The notes: generated by a model from the sequence alone, not told the origin. A stretch of DNA of 45,106 bases from an uncultured Bacteroidaceae bacterium (GCA_964583445.1 CAZOXI010000001.1:1-45106); one strand, 5' to 3'. Shown: positions 1 through 10,236, counted from the stretch's first letter. A program made the numbers and translations.

Positions 1-1
1 G

Positions 2-1474
2 GCCATTCACCTCGGGGGACCAGCCGCGCTTTTCTGGATGCTCATTACGGCTGTTTTTGGCATGTGTACCAAGTTCGTCGAGGTGACCATCTCGCACAAA
101 TACAGGGACATCCTTCCTGATGGCACCATCTCAGGCGGTCCAATGTATTACATGAAAAAGCGTCTGAATATCAAGACCAAATCAGGGAAGATCATCCGAA
201 CCGGGGCAATCCTGGGTGCTTTTTTTGCTTTTGCCACCATCCTTTCTTCATTCGGGACAGGTAGCCTGCCACAGATCAATAGTATTGCAGATGCCCTGTT
301 CAAATCATTCGGACTGAAGCATATCATCACCGGTGCTGTGCTTGCGGTACTGCTGGGAATGGTGATTATCGGAGGGATCAAGCGGATTGCAAAAGTAACC
401 TCCACTCTGGTACCCGCCATGGCACTCATTTACCTGGTCGGCGCCATCCTGGTGATCGCCACCAATTACCAGAACATTGGTCCCTCTTTTATATCCATTT
501 TTGCAGATGCTTTCACCGGTACTGCTGCCGTCGGAGGATTCCTGGGTGCTTCCTTTGCATTTACCTTTAATAAAGGTGTGAACAGGGGATTGTTTTCCAA
601 TGAAGCAGGCCAGGGTTCCGCGCCGATTGCACACTCTGCAGCGAAAGCCCAGGAGCCGGTGTCTGAGGGCATGGTTGCCATTCTTGAACCTTTCATTGAT
701 ACCATCCTGATCTGTACCATCACGGGACTGGTACTGCTTTCTTCCGGGGTATGGAATGAGAAGATCGATAATACATTTGAACAGGCCGACCTGGAGATAC
801 TTGAGGGCACCTATACCGATGAAGATGTTTCCAATGTGCAGCTGTTGAGCCGTTATTTCAGCAATGATACTACCCTGAAGAAGTATAACGGCACGCTCCA
901 GGTAACAGATGGTGTGATCCGTACCACCGGGATCACTGTGCTGCATGCTGAATCTTTTGCAGAGGAGGTGAGCATCTACAGTGACGGACAACCCTACACC
1001 GGGGTGGTTCCCATTCAACAGGGACGTATGGACCTGGGCAGCGAAGTCCTGTCGGGGAAAAACATTTCTATGCAGGGAAAATCACTGATACACAGTGCGG
1101 CGTTGACTACGGAAGCATTCAAGCGAAGTATCCTGGGTGATTACGGACAATATATCGTTGCCATCGGGCTGCTGCTGTTCGCATTTTCCACGGCCATCTC
1201 ATGGTCTTATTACGGCGGACGTGCGGTTACCTACCTTTTCGGAACGCGCTTTGTGATCGTCTACAGGATGATTTACGTGGTGGCGTTTTTCCTCGCCTCG
1301 TTTACAGACACGACCATCGTCTGGAATCTGTCCTATATCACCATCGCGCTGATGACAATCCCGAACCTGCTGGGCATCCTGATCCTCCGGAAAGACATAA
1401 AATCCACCATCAAACAGTACTGGAACGATTTCAGGAAGGACTGGCCGAACGAACGGGTGCCCAGGGGAAGTTAA
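2..1474 (+). CDS. alanine/glycine:cation symporter (AGCS family), 5'-truncated by the window edge
   Basis: The frame is open from base 2 ([21 protein letters not shown]...), so the ATG at 38 is internal. Multi-TM protein with AGCS-like motifs ([23 protein letters not shown]). It carries a hydrophilic insertion of about 110 aa (WNEKIDNTF...AALTTEAF) between TM segments. Confidence 0.85.
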   Translation, partial: AIHLGGPAALFWMLITAVFGMCTKFVEVTISHKYRDILPDGTISGGPMYYMKKRLNIKTKSGKIIRTGAILGAFFAFATILSSFGTGSLPQINSIADALFKSFGLKHIITGAVLAVLLGMVIIGGIKRIAKVTSTLVPAMALIYLVGAILVIATNYQNIGPSFISIFADAFTGTAAVGGFLGASFAFTFNKGVNRGLFSNEAGQGSAPIAHSAAKAQEPVSEGMVAILEPFIDTILICTITGLVLLSSGVWNEKIDNTFEQADLEILEGTYTDEDVSNVQLLSRYFSNDTTLKKYNGTLQVTDGVIRTTGITVLHAESFAEEVSIYSDGQPYTGVVPIQQGRMDLGSEVLSGKNISMQGKSLIHSAALTTEAFKRSILGDYGQYIVAIGLLLFAFSTAISWSYYGGRAVTYLFGTRFVIVYRMIYVVAFFLASFTDTTIVWNLSYITIALMTIPNLLGILILRKDIKSTIKQYWNDFRKDWPNERVPRGS

Positions 1475-1540
1475 TGGTTGTCCTGCTAAAGCTGCTGACA
1501 TGCCTGTGCGATCCTGGCGATAGCTGTGGGATAGCGCTGA

Positions 1541-2941
1541 TTACTTCCGTTGCAGCAGCAGCACGTTTTCGATATGATGCGTATGCGGGAACATGTCTAC
1601 GGCCTGGCTCCGTGGGTACCTGTATTTTTCTGACATCAGCTGTACATCCCTGGCCTGTGTAGCCGGGTTACAGCTCACGTAGACGATCTTTTCCGGGGCC
1701 AACTCCAGCAGGGCCTCCACGACCTGTTGGTGCATGCCGGCACGCGGCGGATCGGTGATGACCACCTCGGGTCGTCCGTGTTCAGCGATGAAGTCAGCAT
1801 TGAAGAGGTCTTTCATGTCACCGGCGTGAAAGGAGGTGTTGGTGATACCATTCAGCGCTGAATTTACCTTCGCATCTTCAATGGCCTCAGGGACGGATTC
1901 GATGCCCACCACCTTGCCTGCACCGGCAGCGATGAAATTTGCGATGGTCCCGGTCCCGGTATACAGGTCATAAACCACTTCGTCACCCCTGAGCGCGGCA
2001 AATTCCCTTGCTTTCCTGTACAATTCCAATGCCTGGACAGTATTGGTCTGAAAAAAAGATTTGGGACCAATCTTGAATTTCAGTCCGTCGAGCATTTCGA
2101 TGATATGGTCACGTCCCCTGAATACTTTGATTTCCTGGTCATAGAGGGTCTCGTTCTTTTTGGGGTTGACAACATACATCAGGCTGGTGATCCCTTCCAC
2201 TTTGCTACTGAGATCTTCCAGCATTTCGTAGATCACCGGTTCATCGTACTGGACGGAAAGCACCACCATCACTTCACCGGTCGTGGCGGTCCTGATGATC
2301 ACATTGCGCATAAGTCCCTCGTTGGTTTTATGGTCATAGAAACTCAGTTCATGCTTCAGCGCAAATTCCCTGAGCGTATTCCTGACCAGGTTACTGGGGT
2401 CTTCCTGGAGATAGCACTTTTGCACATCCACAACGCGGTCGAAACGACCGGGCACATGGAATCCCACACCGTTGCGGTTTTCGAACACCCGGTCACCCGC
2501 AGCTTCTTCATCCGACAGCCAGCGGTGATTGGAGAAGGTGTATTCCAGTTTGTTGCGGTAGAAGCGGGTCTTTTCCGCACCCAGGATCGGATCGACCCTG
2601 TCAATTTCGATTTTCCCGATACGCTGCAACGCATCCAGCACCTGCTTTTCCTTGTATTTGAGTTGCTCGCTGTAGGGCAGGTGTTGCCATTTACACCCTC
2701 CACAGGTCCCGAAATGGGAGCAAAAGGGATCGGTGCGTTTTTCAGAATAACTGATATAGCGCGTGACCCTTGCTTCGCGGTATTTCTTTCGTTTGCGGGT
2801 TACCTGCAGATCCACCACGTCGCCCGGTATGGCACCCGGAACGAATACCACCATGTCGTCGATCCTGGCGATTGATTTACCTTCCGCTGCGATGTCTTCT
2901 ATGATTACGCCCTCATAGACCGGTAATTTTCTTCTCCCCAT
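1541..2941 (-). CDS. rlmD: 23S rRNA (uracil-5-)-methyltransferase RlmD/RumA family
   Basis: N-terminal TRAM-like domain, Fe-S cysteine cluster CSHFGTCGGCKWQH, SAM-MTase motifs (DLYTGTGT, DPPRAG). The ORF-track start at 2965 is a TTG, so I prefer the ATG at 2941 (MGRRKLPVYEG...). Confidence 0.9.
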   Translation of the reverse strand: MGRRKLPVYEGVIIEDIAAEGKSIARIDDMVVFVPGAIPGDVVDLQVTRKRKKYREARVTRYISYSEKRTDPFCSHFGTCGGCKWQHLPYSEQLKYKEKQVLDALQRIGKIEIDRVDPILGAEKTRFYRNKLEYTFSNHRWLSDEEAAGDRVFENRNGVGFHVPGRFDRVVDVQKCYLQEDPSNLVRNTLREFALKHELSFYDHKTNEGLMRNVIIRTATTGEVMVVLSVQYDEPVIYEMLEDLSSKVEGITSLMYVVNPKKNETLYDQEIKVFRGRDHIIEMLDGLKFKIGPKSFFQTNTVQALELYRKAREFAALRGDEVVYDLYTGTGTIANFIAAGAGKVVGIESVPEAIEDAKVNSALNGITNTSFHAGDMKDLFNADFIAEHGRPEVVITDPPRAGMHQQVVEALLELAPEKIVYVSCNPATQARDVQLMSEKYRYPRSQAVDMFPHTHHIENVLLLQRK

Positions 2942-3001
2942 TGCGTACTGTTTTTGATCCTGCAAAGATAGTCAGTGGATCGGGAAATGCACATTCTTTC
3001 C

Positions 3002-3112
3002 ATTCAATAACAGGGGACGAACACTATTCAGTAACAGGAGCAAACGCTATTCAATAACGGAGCAAACGCTATTCATTAACGGGGCAAGCGTTATTCAATA
3101 ACAGGAGCGAGG
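3002..3112. repeat. tandem array of five 22-24-bp units (ATTCAATAACAGGRGCRAACGCT-like)
   Basis: Units read directly at 3002-3025, 3026-3048, 3049-3070, 3071-3092 and 3093-3112. The last unit encodes the C-terminus and stop of the DUF302 gene (APVIE*). Confidence 0.9.
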
Positions 3113-3567
3113 ATTTGCTCGGTTTCTGCAGCGGCGTCCGACATGGTGTTGCGGATAATTTTGTTCATAGGTTTGGACATCAGTCCGGAGTTCATGCGCG
3201 ACACATATACATCACCGCTCGATTTTTCATATACAGCGATCCGGCAGGGCATCAGCGAGGAGACGATTCTCTCATCGTCCTGGTTAAGGATCTTATATGC
3301 ATGGTCGGGATGACAGATCTCGTAGACCTTTACCTGGCGTACATCTTTTCCGAATTTGTGCATGGTGGCCTGCAGGTCATTTACATGGGGGATCTTCCAT
3401 CCCATGGTTTCAACCGATTTTTCAATTTCAGCGAGTGTTGTTTCAAAATCATGTTTACTTTTGTTCTCTTTAAGCATCAGGGAAGGAGCGCTCAGGAAAA
3501 TTACGAGCAGTGCAATAATGGCGCCTGCTATGATTCCGATAATGATTCCGGTTGTCATGTTTTTCAT
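3091..3567 (-). CDS. DUF302 domain-containing protein with N-terminal TM/signal anchor
   Basis: 158 aa. N-terminal hydrophobic helix, then a DUF302-like core (KVYEICHPDHAYKIL...MPCRIAVYE). Confidence 0.8.
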   Translation of the reverse strand: MKNMTTGIIIGIIAGAIIALLVIFLSAPSLMLKENKSKHDFETTLAEIEKSVETMGWKIPHVNDLQATMHKFGKDVRQVKVYEICHPDHAYKILNQDDERIVSSLMPCRIAVYEKSSGDVYVSRMNSGLMSKPMNKIIRNTMSDAAAETEQILAPVIE

Positions 3568-3641
3568 TGTTAAGGTGTGATTTAATAATTTTATAATAAG
3601 TACAAAGATCTATCAATTTTGTTCAGGAATGCTGCTTGTAT

Positions 3642-4247
3642 ATGGTAAGAATAGGAAGGCAAATACCACATTTTGAGCACGTTGATCTCTCTTCGGTTGA
3701 GGCTGCTTTTTCCAAAGACAGGGTGTACAGGTACAGCCTGTCGATGCGTTTCAGCGATACATTAATGGACACGGGCAGGGCCAAGACAGTTGCCGTGATC
3801 ATGAAAAATCCGAGTGCTGCAGATGCGTTCCGGGCAGATGCCACGATCAGGAAGGTGGAGACTTTTGTATACCATCGTTTCCCGGATGTACGCTGGCTGC
3901 ATATACTGAACATCTTTGCATTCCGCGCCACGGAGCCGGGCGACCTGCACCGGGCCTACGCAGAGGGGGGAGCCATGCAGGTGATCGGAGCCGATAATGA
4001 CCATGTGATCGGAAAGGTGGCAGGTGCATCTGACTATGTGATCCTGGCCTGGGGAAACAACAGCGGGATCGATACGGTGTTGTATGAAGAGCGGGTCATC
4101 CGTATTAAGCATCTTTTGTCAGAGGTTCCCGCAGGGAAAATTTATTGTATAACAGGGAAGCAGAAAACAAAACACCCCCTGCATGGTCTAATGTGGGGAT
4201 ATGCGTATGAAATCTGTCCCGCGATTGAATATATGCAATTACAATGA
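3642..4247 (+). CDS. DUF1643 domain-containing protein
   Basis: RVYRYSL...VAVIMKNPSAADA...DATIRKV...ILNIFAFRAT...VILAWGN matches the DUF1643 pattern. The track start at 3636 is a TTG and the first ATG is at 3642. The stop overlaps the next start (ATGA at 4244-4247). Confidence 0.8.
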   Translation: MVRIGRQIPHFEHVDLSSVEAAFSKDRVYRYSLSMRFSDTLMDTGRAKTVAVIMKNPSAADAFRADATIRKVETFVYHRFPDVRWLHILNIFAFRATEPGDLHRAYAEGGAMQVIGADNDHVIGKVAGASDYVILAWGNNSGIDTVLYEERVIRIKHLLSEVPAGKIYCITGKQKTKHPLHGLMWGYAYEICPAIEYMQLQ

Positions 4248-6172
4248 TATCAGTTGATAACGTAACCATACGATTCGGAGGATTTACTCTTTTTGACAGC
4301 ATCTCATTTCAGCTCAACAAAAATGACCGCGTGGGGCTGGTGGGCCGCAATGGTGCCGGGAAGACCACCTTGCTGAACCTGATTGAAGGGCGGCAGCAGC
4401 CTGACGAGGGCAGCGTGGTGCGTTCCGGTGACACAGACATTGGTTACCTGCCCCAGCAGATGAAGCATTCAAGTTCCAGGACCCTGTATAATGAAACATT
4501 GCAGGCATTCGGGCATATCCTGGAGATGGAAGCCAGGATCGCCGCCCTGAACAAGGAGATGGAGGAGCGGAGGGATTATGAATCCGAGGGGTACATGAAA
4601 TTGATCGAGCAGCTTGGGACACTGACAGAGCGCTTCGAGCTTGAAGGTGGCAGTGCCATCCATGCAGATGTGGAGCAGACCCTGGTCGGCCTGGGATTCA
4701 GCCCGGCGGACATGGACCGTTCCGTGACCGAATTCTCCGGGGGATGGAGGATGCGGATCGAGCTGGCAAAGATCCTGTTAAGGAAACCGGATTATATCCT
4801 GCTGGATGAGCCCACCAATCACCTGGATATTGATTCCATCCAGTGGCTGGAAACTTACCTGTCCAATTTCGATGGCGGGGTGCTGCTTATTTCCCACGAC
4901 AGAATTTTTCTCGATCGTGTTACCAACCGGACCCTGGACCTTTCGTTGGGAAACATTTATGATTACAAAGTCGGTTATTCTGAATATGAAAAGCTGAAAC
5001 GGGAACGAATCGAAGTCCAGTCAGCCTCCTACCAGAACCAGCAAAAAATGATCAGGGATACGGAAAAGTTCATTGAGCGTTTCCGTTACAAAGCCACCAA
5101 GGCTGTGCAGGTGCAATCGCGTGTCAAACAGCTGGAAAAACTTGACAGGATCGAGGTGGAGCAGGAGGATACATTACAAATGAATCTCCGCTTTCCCGTT
5201 GCGAAGCGATCCGGGAAAATAGTGGTTGAAGCAGAGAAATTATCGAAATCATATGGTGACAACGAGGTGCTGAAGGATGTGGACCTTGTGATCCAGCGGG
5301 GAGAGAAGGTGGCGTTTGTGGGCCGTAACGGGGAGGGAAAGACCACCCTTTCGCGTATCATTGTCGGTGAACTGGAGTACAGCGGGGGATTCCGGTTGGG
5401 GCATAACGTGGAACTCGGCTATTTTGCGCAGAACCAGGATGAGCTCATGGATGAGAACAAGACCGTGTTTGAAACGGTGGATGCAGTGGCGGTGGGCGAT
5501 ATCCGGACAAAGATGCGGGATATTCTCGGGGCTTTCCTGTTCCGGGGTGAGGACGTCGATAAAAAGGTGAAAGTGTTGTCAGGAGGCGAGCGTTCGCGGC
5601 TGGCCATGGCGATGATGATCCTGCAGCCGTTCAACTTGCTGATTTTGGATGAGCCCACCAATCACCTGGATATGAATTCCAAGGATATCCTGAAAAATGC
5701 ATTGCTGCAGTATGACGGGACACTGATCGTGGTCTCGCACGACCGGGAATTCCTCGATGGACTCGTTGACAAGGTGTATGAATTCCGGAACAAGGGGATC
5801 AAGGAATATATCGGGGGAATCTTTGCGTTCCTCGAAAAGCGGAAGATCCGTTCCATCCGCGAGATCGAACGGCGCACCGGTACGAAGAAGTCCGTTCCGG
5901 AAAACCGTTCCGGGTCAAAGCAGGACTATGAGGCGAAGAAAGCATTTGAGCGTAAGCTGCGGAAGTATGAGCGTTCCGTAAAGGAGGTGGAGGACGCCAT
6001 AGCGGCGATGGAAAAAGAGCTCAGCGAGATGGACAGAATAATGGCAGATCCGGACAATATTGAAGACCAATCGCTGTTTGTTTCTTACAGGGAGAAGCGT
6101 CAGAAGCTGGACCGGTTAATGGAACAATGGGAAAAGGCATCCGCCGATCTTGAAAATTTGAGCAGCAGATGA
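4244..6172 (+). CDS. ABC-F family ATPase (two ABC cassettes, no TM domain)
   Basis: Two Walker A motifs (GRNGAGKTT, GRNGEGKTT), two signature motifs (FSGGWRMR, LSGGERSR), an inter-domain linker and a C-terminal coiled-coil. Confidence 0.9.
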   Translation: MISVDNVTIRFGGFTLFDSISFQLNKNDRVGLVGRNGAGKTTLLNLIEGRQQPDEGSVVRSGDTDIGYLPQQMKHSSSRTLYNETLQAFGHILEMEARIAALNKEMEERRDYESEGYMKLIEQLGTLTERFELEGGSAIHADVEQTLVGLGFSPADMDRSVTEFSGGWRMRIELAKILLRKPDYILLDEPTNHLDIDSIQWLETYLSNFDGGVLLISHDRIFLDRVTNRTLDLSLGNIYDYKVGYSEYEKLKRERIEVQSASYQNQQKMIRDTEKFIERFRYKATKAVQVQSRVKQLEKLDRIEVEQEDTLQMNLRFPVAKRSGKIVVEAEKLSKSYGDNEVLKDVDLVIQRGEKVAFVGRNGEGKTTLSRIIVGELEYSGGFRLGHNVELGYFAQNQDELMDENKTVFETVDAVAVGDIRTKMRDILGAFLFRGEDVDKKVKVLSGGERSRLAMAMMILQPFNLLILDEPTNHLDMNSKDILKNALLQYDGTLIVVSHDREFLDGLVDKVYEFRNKGIKEYIGGIFAFLEKRKIRSIREIERRTGTKKSVPENRSGSKQDYEAKKAFERKLRKYERSVKEVEDAIAAMEKELSEMDRIMADPDNIEDQSLFVSYREKRQKLDRLMEQWEKASADLENLSSR

Positions 6173-6222
6173 GCAGAAAACAGACGAAATTGCGTATTTT
6201 GTAAGATTACTGGAGATTCTGA

Positions 6223-7503
6223 ATGAGAAATATACATTACATCATATTGTCCTTGTTCCTGGTTGCAGGATGCACTGTCACACGGAATGTGAACGTTCCC
6301 GTTTCGCAGTTCTCTTCGATGTACAATCCCAGTGAGTTCTCCTTGAGTGCAGACTACCGGTTGTACCACATCAATGATGATATGACCTCCATGTACATCC
6401 GGTTGTTCCCGCGTGAGTTGCTGTTCAACCAGGCCAATGAGGCTGCTGAATACCGTGCACTGGTTGGGATCACCTATATTATATATGAGCTGGGGGAGGG
6501 ACGGGAGATTGTTGCGAAGAGCGATTCCACTACTTTCCAGATCAAACTAGGCAGGCAACATGAGCAGAATACCGCATATTTTACTACCCGCGTCCTGAAT
6601 ATAAGAAGTGGCAAACAGTACATGATCAGGATCGAATCGAAGGACATGAACAGGGGCTCTGTGGGCCTGGAACATATTTATATTGACAAGCGTAACAGTT
6701 TCTCTGCGCAAAATTTCAGTGTTGTTTCGGCGCAGACAGGGTACCCCCGTTTCCTGGATTATATCTCACCCAACGAGGTGTTTAAGCTTGATTACCGTGT
6801 AGAAGGATATGATACCATTTTTGTAGATTTTATTAAGTTCAGGAATCCTTATCCGAGGCCTCCCATCACGATGAATGCACCCTCTTTTTTCGAGGCAGCG
6901 CCGGATACCACCTTTGCCCTGGCATGGGCTGACAGTACGATTTTCACTTTGCCGGAGAAAGGAATGTATCATTTCCGGGTGGATACGACCCGGTCCGAGG
7001 GGATCACCCTCCACCGTTTCGGACCGGATTTTCCGCAGGTCCAGTCTGAAGAAGCACTGATGGAGGCGTTGTTCTACGTCGCGACACTTACCGAGTATAA
7101 CAATATGCGGCGGGAGGAAAATAAGAAACTCGCAGTGGATAATTTCTGGCTGGCGCGGGCCTCATCGATGGAGCGCTCGCGGGAATTGATCCGGGTGTAT
7201 TACAACCGTGTGGTTTATTCAAATCTCTATTTTACTACCAATCGGGAGGGATGGAAGACCGACCGGGGAATGATCTTTATTTTATTCGGTCCGCCGGATC
7301 GCATTCGCTCGGGGGGCTCAGAGGAGCGGTGGTACTATATTTCAAACCGGCAGGGGAAAATTATTGAATTCATCTTCGACCGTGTGCCCGGACAGTATTC
7401 AAATCATGACCTGGTCTGGCGAAAAAACGGTCAGTCGATGGGTTACGTCTCTTCTGCGGTCAGTGCATGGCGATCCGGTAAAGTTTACTCATTAAGCAGG
7501 TAA
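6223..7503 (+). CDS. GWxTD domain-containing lipoprotein
   Basis: Lipobox LFLVAGC near the N-terminus and a GWKTDRGMIFILFGPPD motif near the C-terminus. Confidence 0.85.
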   Translation: MRNIHYIILSLFLVAGCTVTRNVNVPVSQFSSMYNPSEFSLSADYRLYHINDDMTSMYIRLFPRELLFNQANEAAEYRALVGITYIIYELGEGREIVAKSDSTTFQIKLGRQHEQNTAYFTTRVLNIRSGKQYMIRIESKDMNRGSVGLEHIYIDKRNSFSAQNFSVVSAQTGYPRFLDYISPNEVFKLDYRVEGYDTIFVDFIKFRNPYPRPPITMNAPSFFEAAPDTTFALAWADSTIFTLPEKGMYHFRVDTTRSEGITLHRFGPDFPQVQSEEALMEALFYVATLTEYNNMRREENKKLAVDNFWLARASSMERSRELIRVYYNRVVYSNLYFTTNREGWKTDRGMIFILFGPPDRIRSGGSEERWYYISNRQGKIIEFIFDRVPGQYSNHDLVWRKNGQSMGYVSSAVSAWRSGKVYSLSR

Positions 7504-8276
7504 TGCAAAAGGAAAAGGATAAGATCGTATATGGTATTCATGCCGTTACAGAAGCGCTGGATGCCGGCCGGGAACTTGAGAAAGTATTGATCAAGCGTGA
7601 ACGGGGAACCAGTGATACATTTGGAGCACTGCGGGGGCGCCTGATTAAAGAAAAGATTCCTTTTCAGCATGTCCCGGCGGAAAAACTCAATGCCATCACC
7701 CGGAAGAATCACCAGGGGGTGATCGCATATGTATCAGAAATTTCCTATAGCGAGATCGAGTTCATTTTACCCGAGCTCTTTGAAAAGGGAAAGACGCCGC
7801 TGCTCCTGGTACTTGACCAGGTTTCGGATGTACGTAATTTTGGTGCCATTGCGCGAACGGCTGAATGTGCAGGTGTGGATGCGATCGTGGTTCCGAACAA
7901 AGGGAGTGCGCGGATCACCGCTGAAGCTGTTAAGACCTCTGCCGGAGCGCTCCACAGCATTCCTGTGTGTCGTCATCCCGACCTCAGGCTGTTACTTGAC
8001 TATCTTAGGAGCAGTGGCTTACAGGTTTTTGCGGCTTCAGAAAAAGCTGAAACTGCGATCTACCAGGCGGACCTGACCGTTCCGGTTGCGATCCTGATGG
8101 GATCAGAGGACCAGGGGGTTTCGCCGGCCCTGATGGAGTTTGTCGACCAATCAGTGTCCATCCCGCAATACGGAACGATCGGATCTCTGAACGTTTCGGT
8201 GGCAGCAGGGGTGGTGATCTATGAGGCTTTGCGTCAGCGCATCCAGGCGGCTACTCCAGCGGGATCTGCCGGTTGA
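7503..8276 (+). CDS. rlmB: 23S rRNA (guanosine-2'-O)-methyltransferase RlmB (SpoU/TrmH family)
   Basis: SpoU substrate-binding N-domain plus motifs LVLDQVSDVRNFGAIARTA, LMGSEDQGVS and GSLNVSVAAGVVIYE. TAATG start/stop overlap with the upstream gene. Confidence 0.9.
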   Translation: MQKEKDKIVYGIHAVTEALDAGRELEKVLIKRERGTSDTFGALRGRLIKEKIPFQHVPAEKLNAITRKNHQGVIAYVSEISYSEIEFILPELFEKGKTPLLLVLDQVSDVRNFGAIARTAECAGVDAIVVPNKGSARITAEAVKTSAGALHSIPVCRHPDLRLLLDYLRSSGLQVFAASEKAETAIYQADLTVPVAILMGSEDQGVSPALMEFVDQSVSIPQYGTIGSLNVSVAAGVVIYEALRQRIQAATPAGSAG

Positions 8277-8715
8277 TGCTCTCTTCGAGCGAGATAAATG
8301 TTTCGGTGCGCGAGACCCCGGAGATGGGCTGCACCTTATCCACCAGCACATGTTTCAGGTCTTCATTGTTCCTGGTATATACTTTAATGAAAATGGAATA
8401 CCCTCCCGTAATGTAATGACATTGGGTGATCTCGGGAATCTCCCTGAGCTGCTCCACAACTTCGGGGTATAATCCCGCGTTATCGAGAAAAATTCCGACA
8501 TACGCACAAGTTTGAAAACCGACCTTCTTCGGATCCAGTGTGAATTCAGAACCTGATACGATTCCGAGTTTCATCAGTCGCTGTATGCGCTGGTGGATTG
8601 CAGCGCCGGAAACATTGCATTCCCTTGCGACCTCAAGGTAGGGGATCCGTGCATTTTTTGTGATAAGGGCCAGTATCTTCTTATCAAGGGTGTCGATGTG
8701 TGCTGATTCTTCCAT
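8251..8715 (-). CDS. Lrp/AsnC family transcriptional regulator
   Basis: 154 aa. AsnC-type HTH (LDKKILALITKNARIPYLEVARECNVSGAAIHQRIQRL) plus a C-terminal RAM/ACT-like domain. Confidence 0.9.
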   Translation of the reverse strand: MEESAHIDTLDKKILALITKNARIPYLEVARECNVSGAAIHQRIQRLMKLGIVSGSEFTLDPKKVGFQTCAYVGIFLDNAGLYPEVVEQLREIPEITQCHYITGGYSIFIKVYTRNNEDLKHVLVDKVQPISGVSRTETFISLEESINRQIPLE

Positions 8716-8852
8716 TGTTTTGGTATACTATATCCCCGGATGCTTAAAAACAGGTTTAAACTTTGAATTAATTATTTGTGTCTGTTTTTCTGTTATCCGG
8801 GCGAATGAATTATTATTTAACAGGGTTTTATCTAAAATTCTATGAAAGTTTA

Positions 8853-8875
8853 AATTTAACCAAGCTGGTTAAATT
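8853..8875. promoter_or_regulatory. perfect 10-bp inverted repeat AATTTAACCA-agc-TGGTTAAATT (candidate operator or MscS terminator)
   Basis: Read directly. It lies between the stop of the MscS gene (8944, minus) and the start of the Lrp/AsnC gene (8715, minus). Confidence 0.35.
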
Positions 8876-8943
8876 ATCAATAAGAGAAGGTATGTTATAA
8901 AATATTTAACTCCTTCCGGACTGGCAGGTGACTTCGTATCGTT

Positions 8944-10203
8944 TTAGTTCTGCTGTGCCAGTGCCCGCCAGTCGGCGCCGGTAGGATTCTGAAACACGCG
9001 GAGTTCAAATTCCGGTATCACTGCGAGGATGTGGTCGAAGATATCGGCCTGTATGGCTTCGTAGTTGGCCCAGGCCTGGTCATTGCTGAACACATAGATT
9101 TCAATGGGGATCCCGCGTTCTGTGGGTTGCAGGTGCCTGACCAGGAAGGTCATGTCCTGGTGAATCTTCGGATGGTTGTGCAGGTACAACTCCAGGTATT
9201 TTCTGAATGTACCCAGGTTGGTAAGTCTTCGTCCATTGATCAGGTCTGAAGTATCTATCCCCACTTTTTGGTTGAAGGCTTCGATCTCTTTTTCCTTTTC
9301 TTCGATATAGTTTTTCAGGATGCGGATCTCCTTAAATTTTTTCAATTCACTGCTGTCCAGGAATCGCACACTTTGCATGTCCAGGTTCACGCTTCTTTTG
9401 ATCCGTCTTCCGCCCGAATCCTCCATCCCTTTCCAGTTGTTGAAGGAGTCCTGCACCAGGGCGTAGGTCGGGATTGTTGCGATGGTCTTGTCCCAGTTCT
9501 GCACCTTCACGGTGTTGAGCCCGATATCGATCACATCTCCATCGGCGTTGTATTTGGGCATGGAGATCCAGTCGCCGACATTCACCATTTTATTTCCGGC
9601 CAGTTGTATACTGGCAACCAATCCGAGGATGGTATCCCTGAAGACCAGCATCAGCACGGCGGCAAATGCACCAAGCCCGGTAAGCAGTCCGTTGATGGAT
9701 TGTTCGGTGAGAATCGAGATGATGATGAGTCCTGCTATGATAAACACCAGGATCTTCACAAGTTGCACATATCCCTTGATATTCCGTCCTTTCGAAACCG
9801 GCAGTTGCTGGTAGATCTCGTGGAAGGCACCGATAACGGAATCCAGGACCAGTGCACTGATCATTACGATGTAGAGTTTGGTAATGATCCTGATGAAATC
9901 TACCAGTCCGGGTGCATCGATAAGAAAGATCACGGTAGCATTGACCACCAGTGCGGGGGCAATGTGGGCAATACGTTTGAAGACTTTTTTCTTCATTAGT
10001 ATATCGTCGTACTGGTTTTTGGAGCGTTTAACCAGTTTTCCGACCACCCTGACCAGGACTATTTTGGTGATCCGGTCTGCGAGGAAGGCCAGCAATACGA
10101 TAGCGACAAACACCGTGATGTTTTCTATGATCTGGACACCGTTTCCGGGAAGTCCAATATTTTCGAGGATTGACTGGTATTTATCAAGCAGGTTTTCAAT
10201 CAT
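8944..10203 (-). CDS. mechanosensitive ion channel (MscS family)
   Basis: N-terminal TM helices followed by the MscS beta-domain (VGDWISMPKYNADGDVIDIGLNTVKVQNWDKTIATIPTYAL). Confidence 0.9.
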   Translation of the reverse strand: MIENLLDKYQSILENIGLPGNGVQIIENITVFVAIVLLAFLADRITKIVLVRVVGKLVKRSKNQYDDILMKKKVFKRIAHIAPALVVNATVIFLIDAPGLVDFIRIITKLYIVMISALVLDSVIGAFHEIYQQLPVSKGRNIKGYVQLVKILVFIIAGLIIISILTEQSINGLLTGLGAFAAVLMLVFRDTILGLVASIQLAGNKMVNVGDWISMPKYNADGDVIDIGLNTVKVQNWDKTIATIPTYALVQDSFNNWKGMEDSGGRRIKRSVNLDMQSVRFLDSSELKKFKEIRILKNYIEEKEKEIEAFNQKVGIDTSDLINGRRLTNLGTFRKYLELYLHNHPKIHQDMTFLVRHLQPTERGIPIEIYVFSNDQAWANYEAIQADIFDHILAVIPEFELRVFQNPTGADWRALAQQN

Positions 10204-10228
10204 TTTCCGGGTCTTTAATAATATTTTT

Positions 10229-10236
10229 CAAAATTA
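10229..10236 (-). promoter_or_regulatory. candidate Bacteroidota -7 promoter element (TAATTTTG = TAnnTTTG) for the MscS gene
   Basis: The plus strand reads CAAAATTA, 26 nt upstream of the minus-strand ATG at 10203. Confidence 0.3.

Noticed and set aside
3002-3112. The tandem repeat array as a possible CRISPR array.
   Set aside because: The units are directly adjacent with no spacers, are only 22-24 bp long and degenerate, and no cas genes are present.
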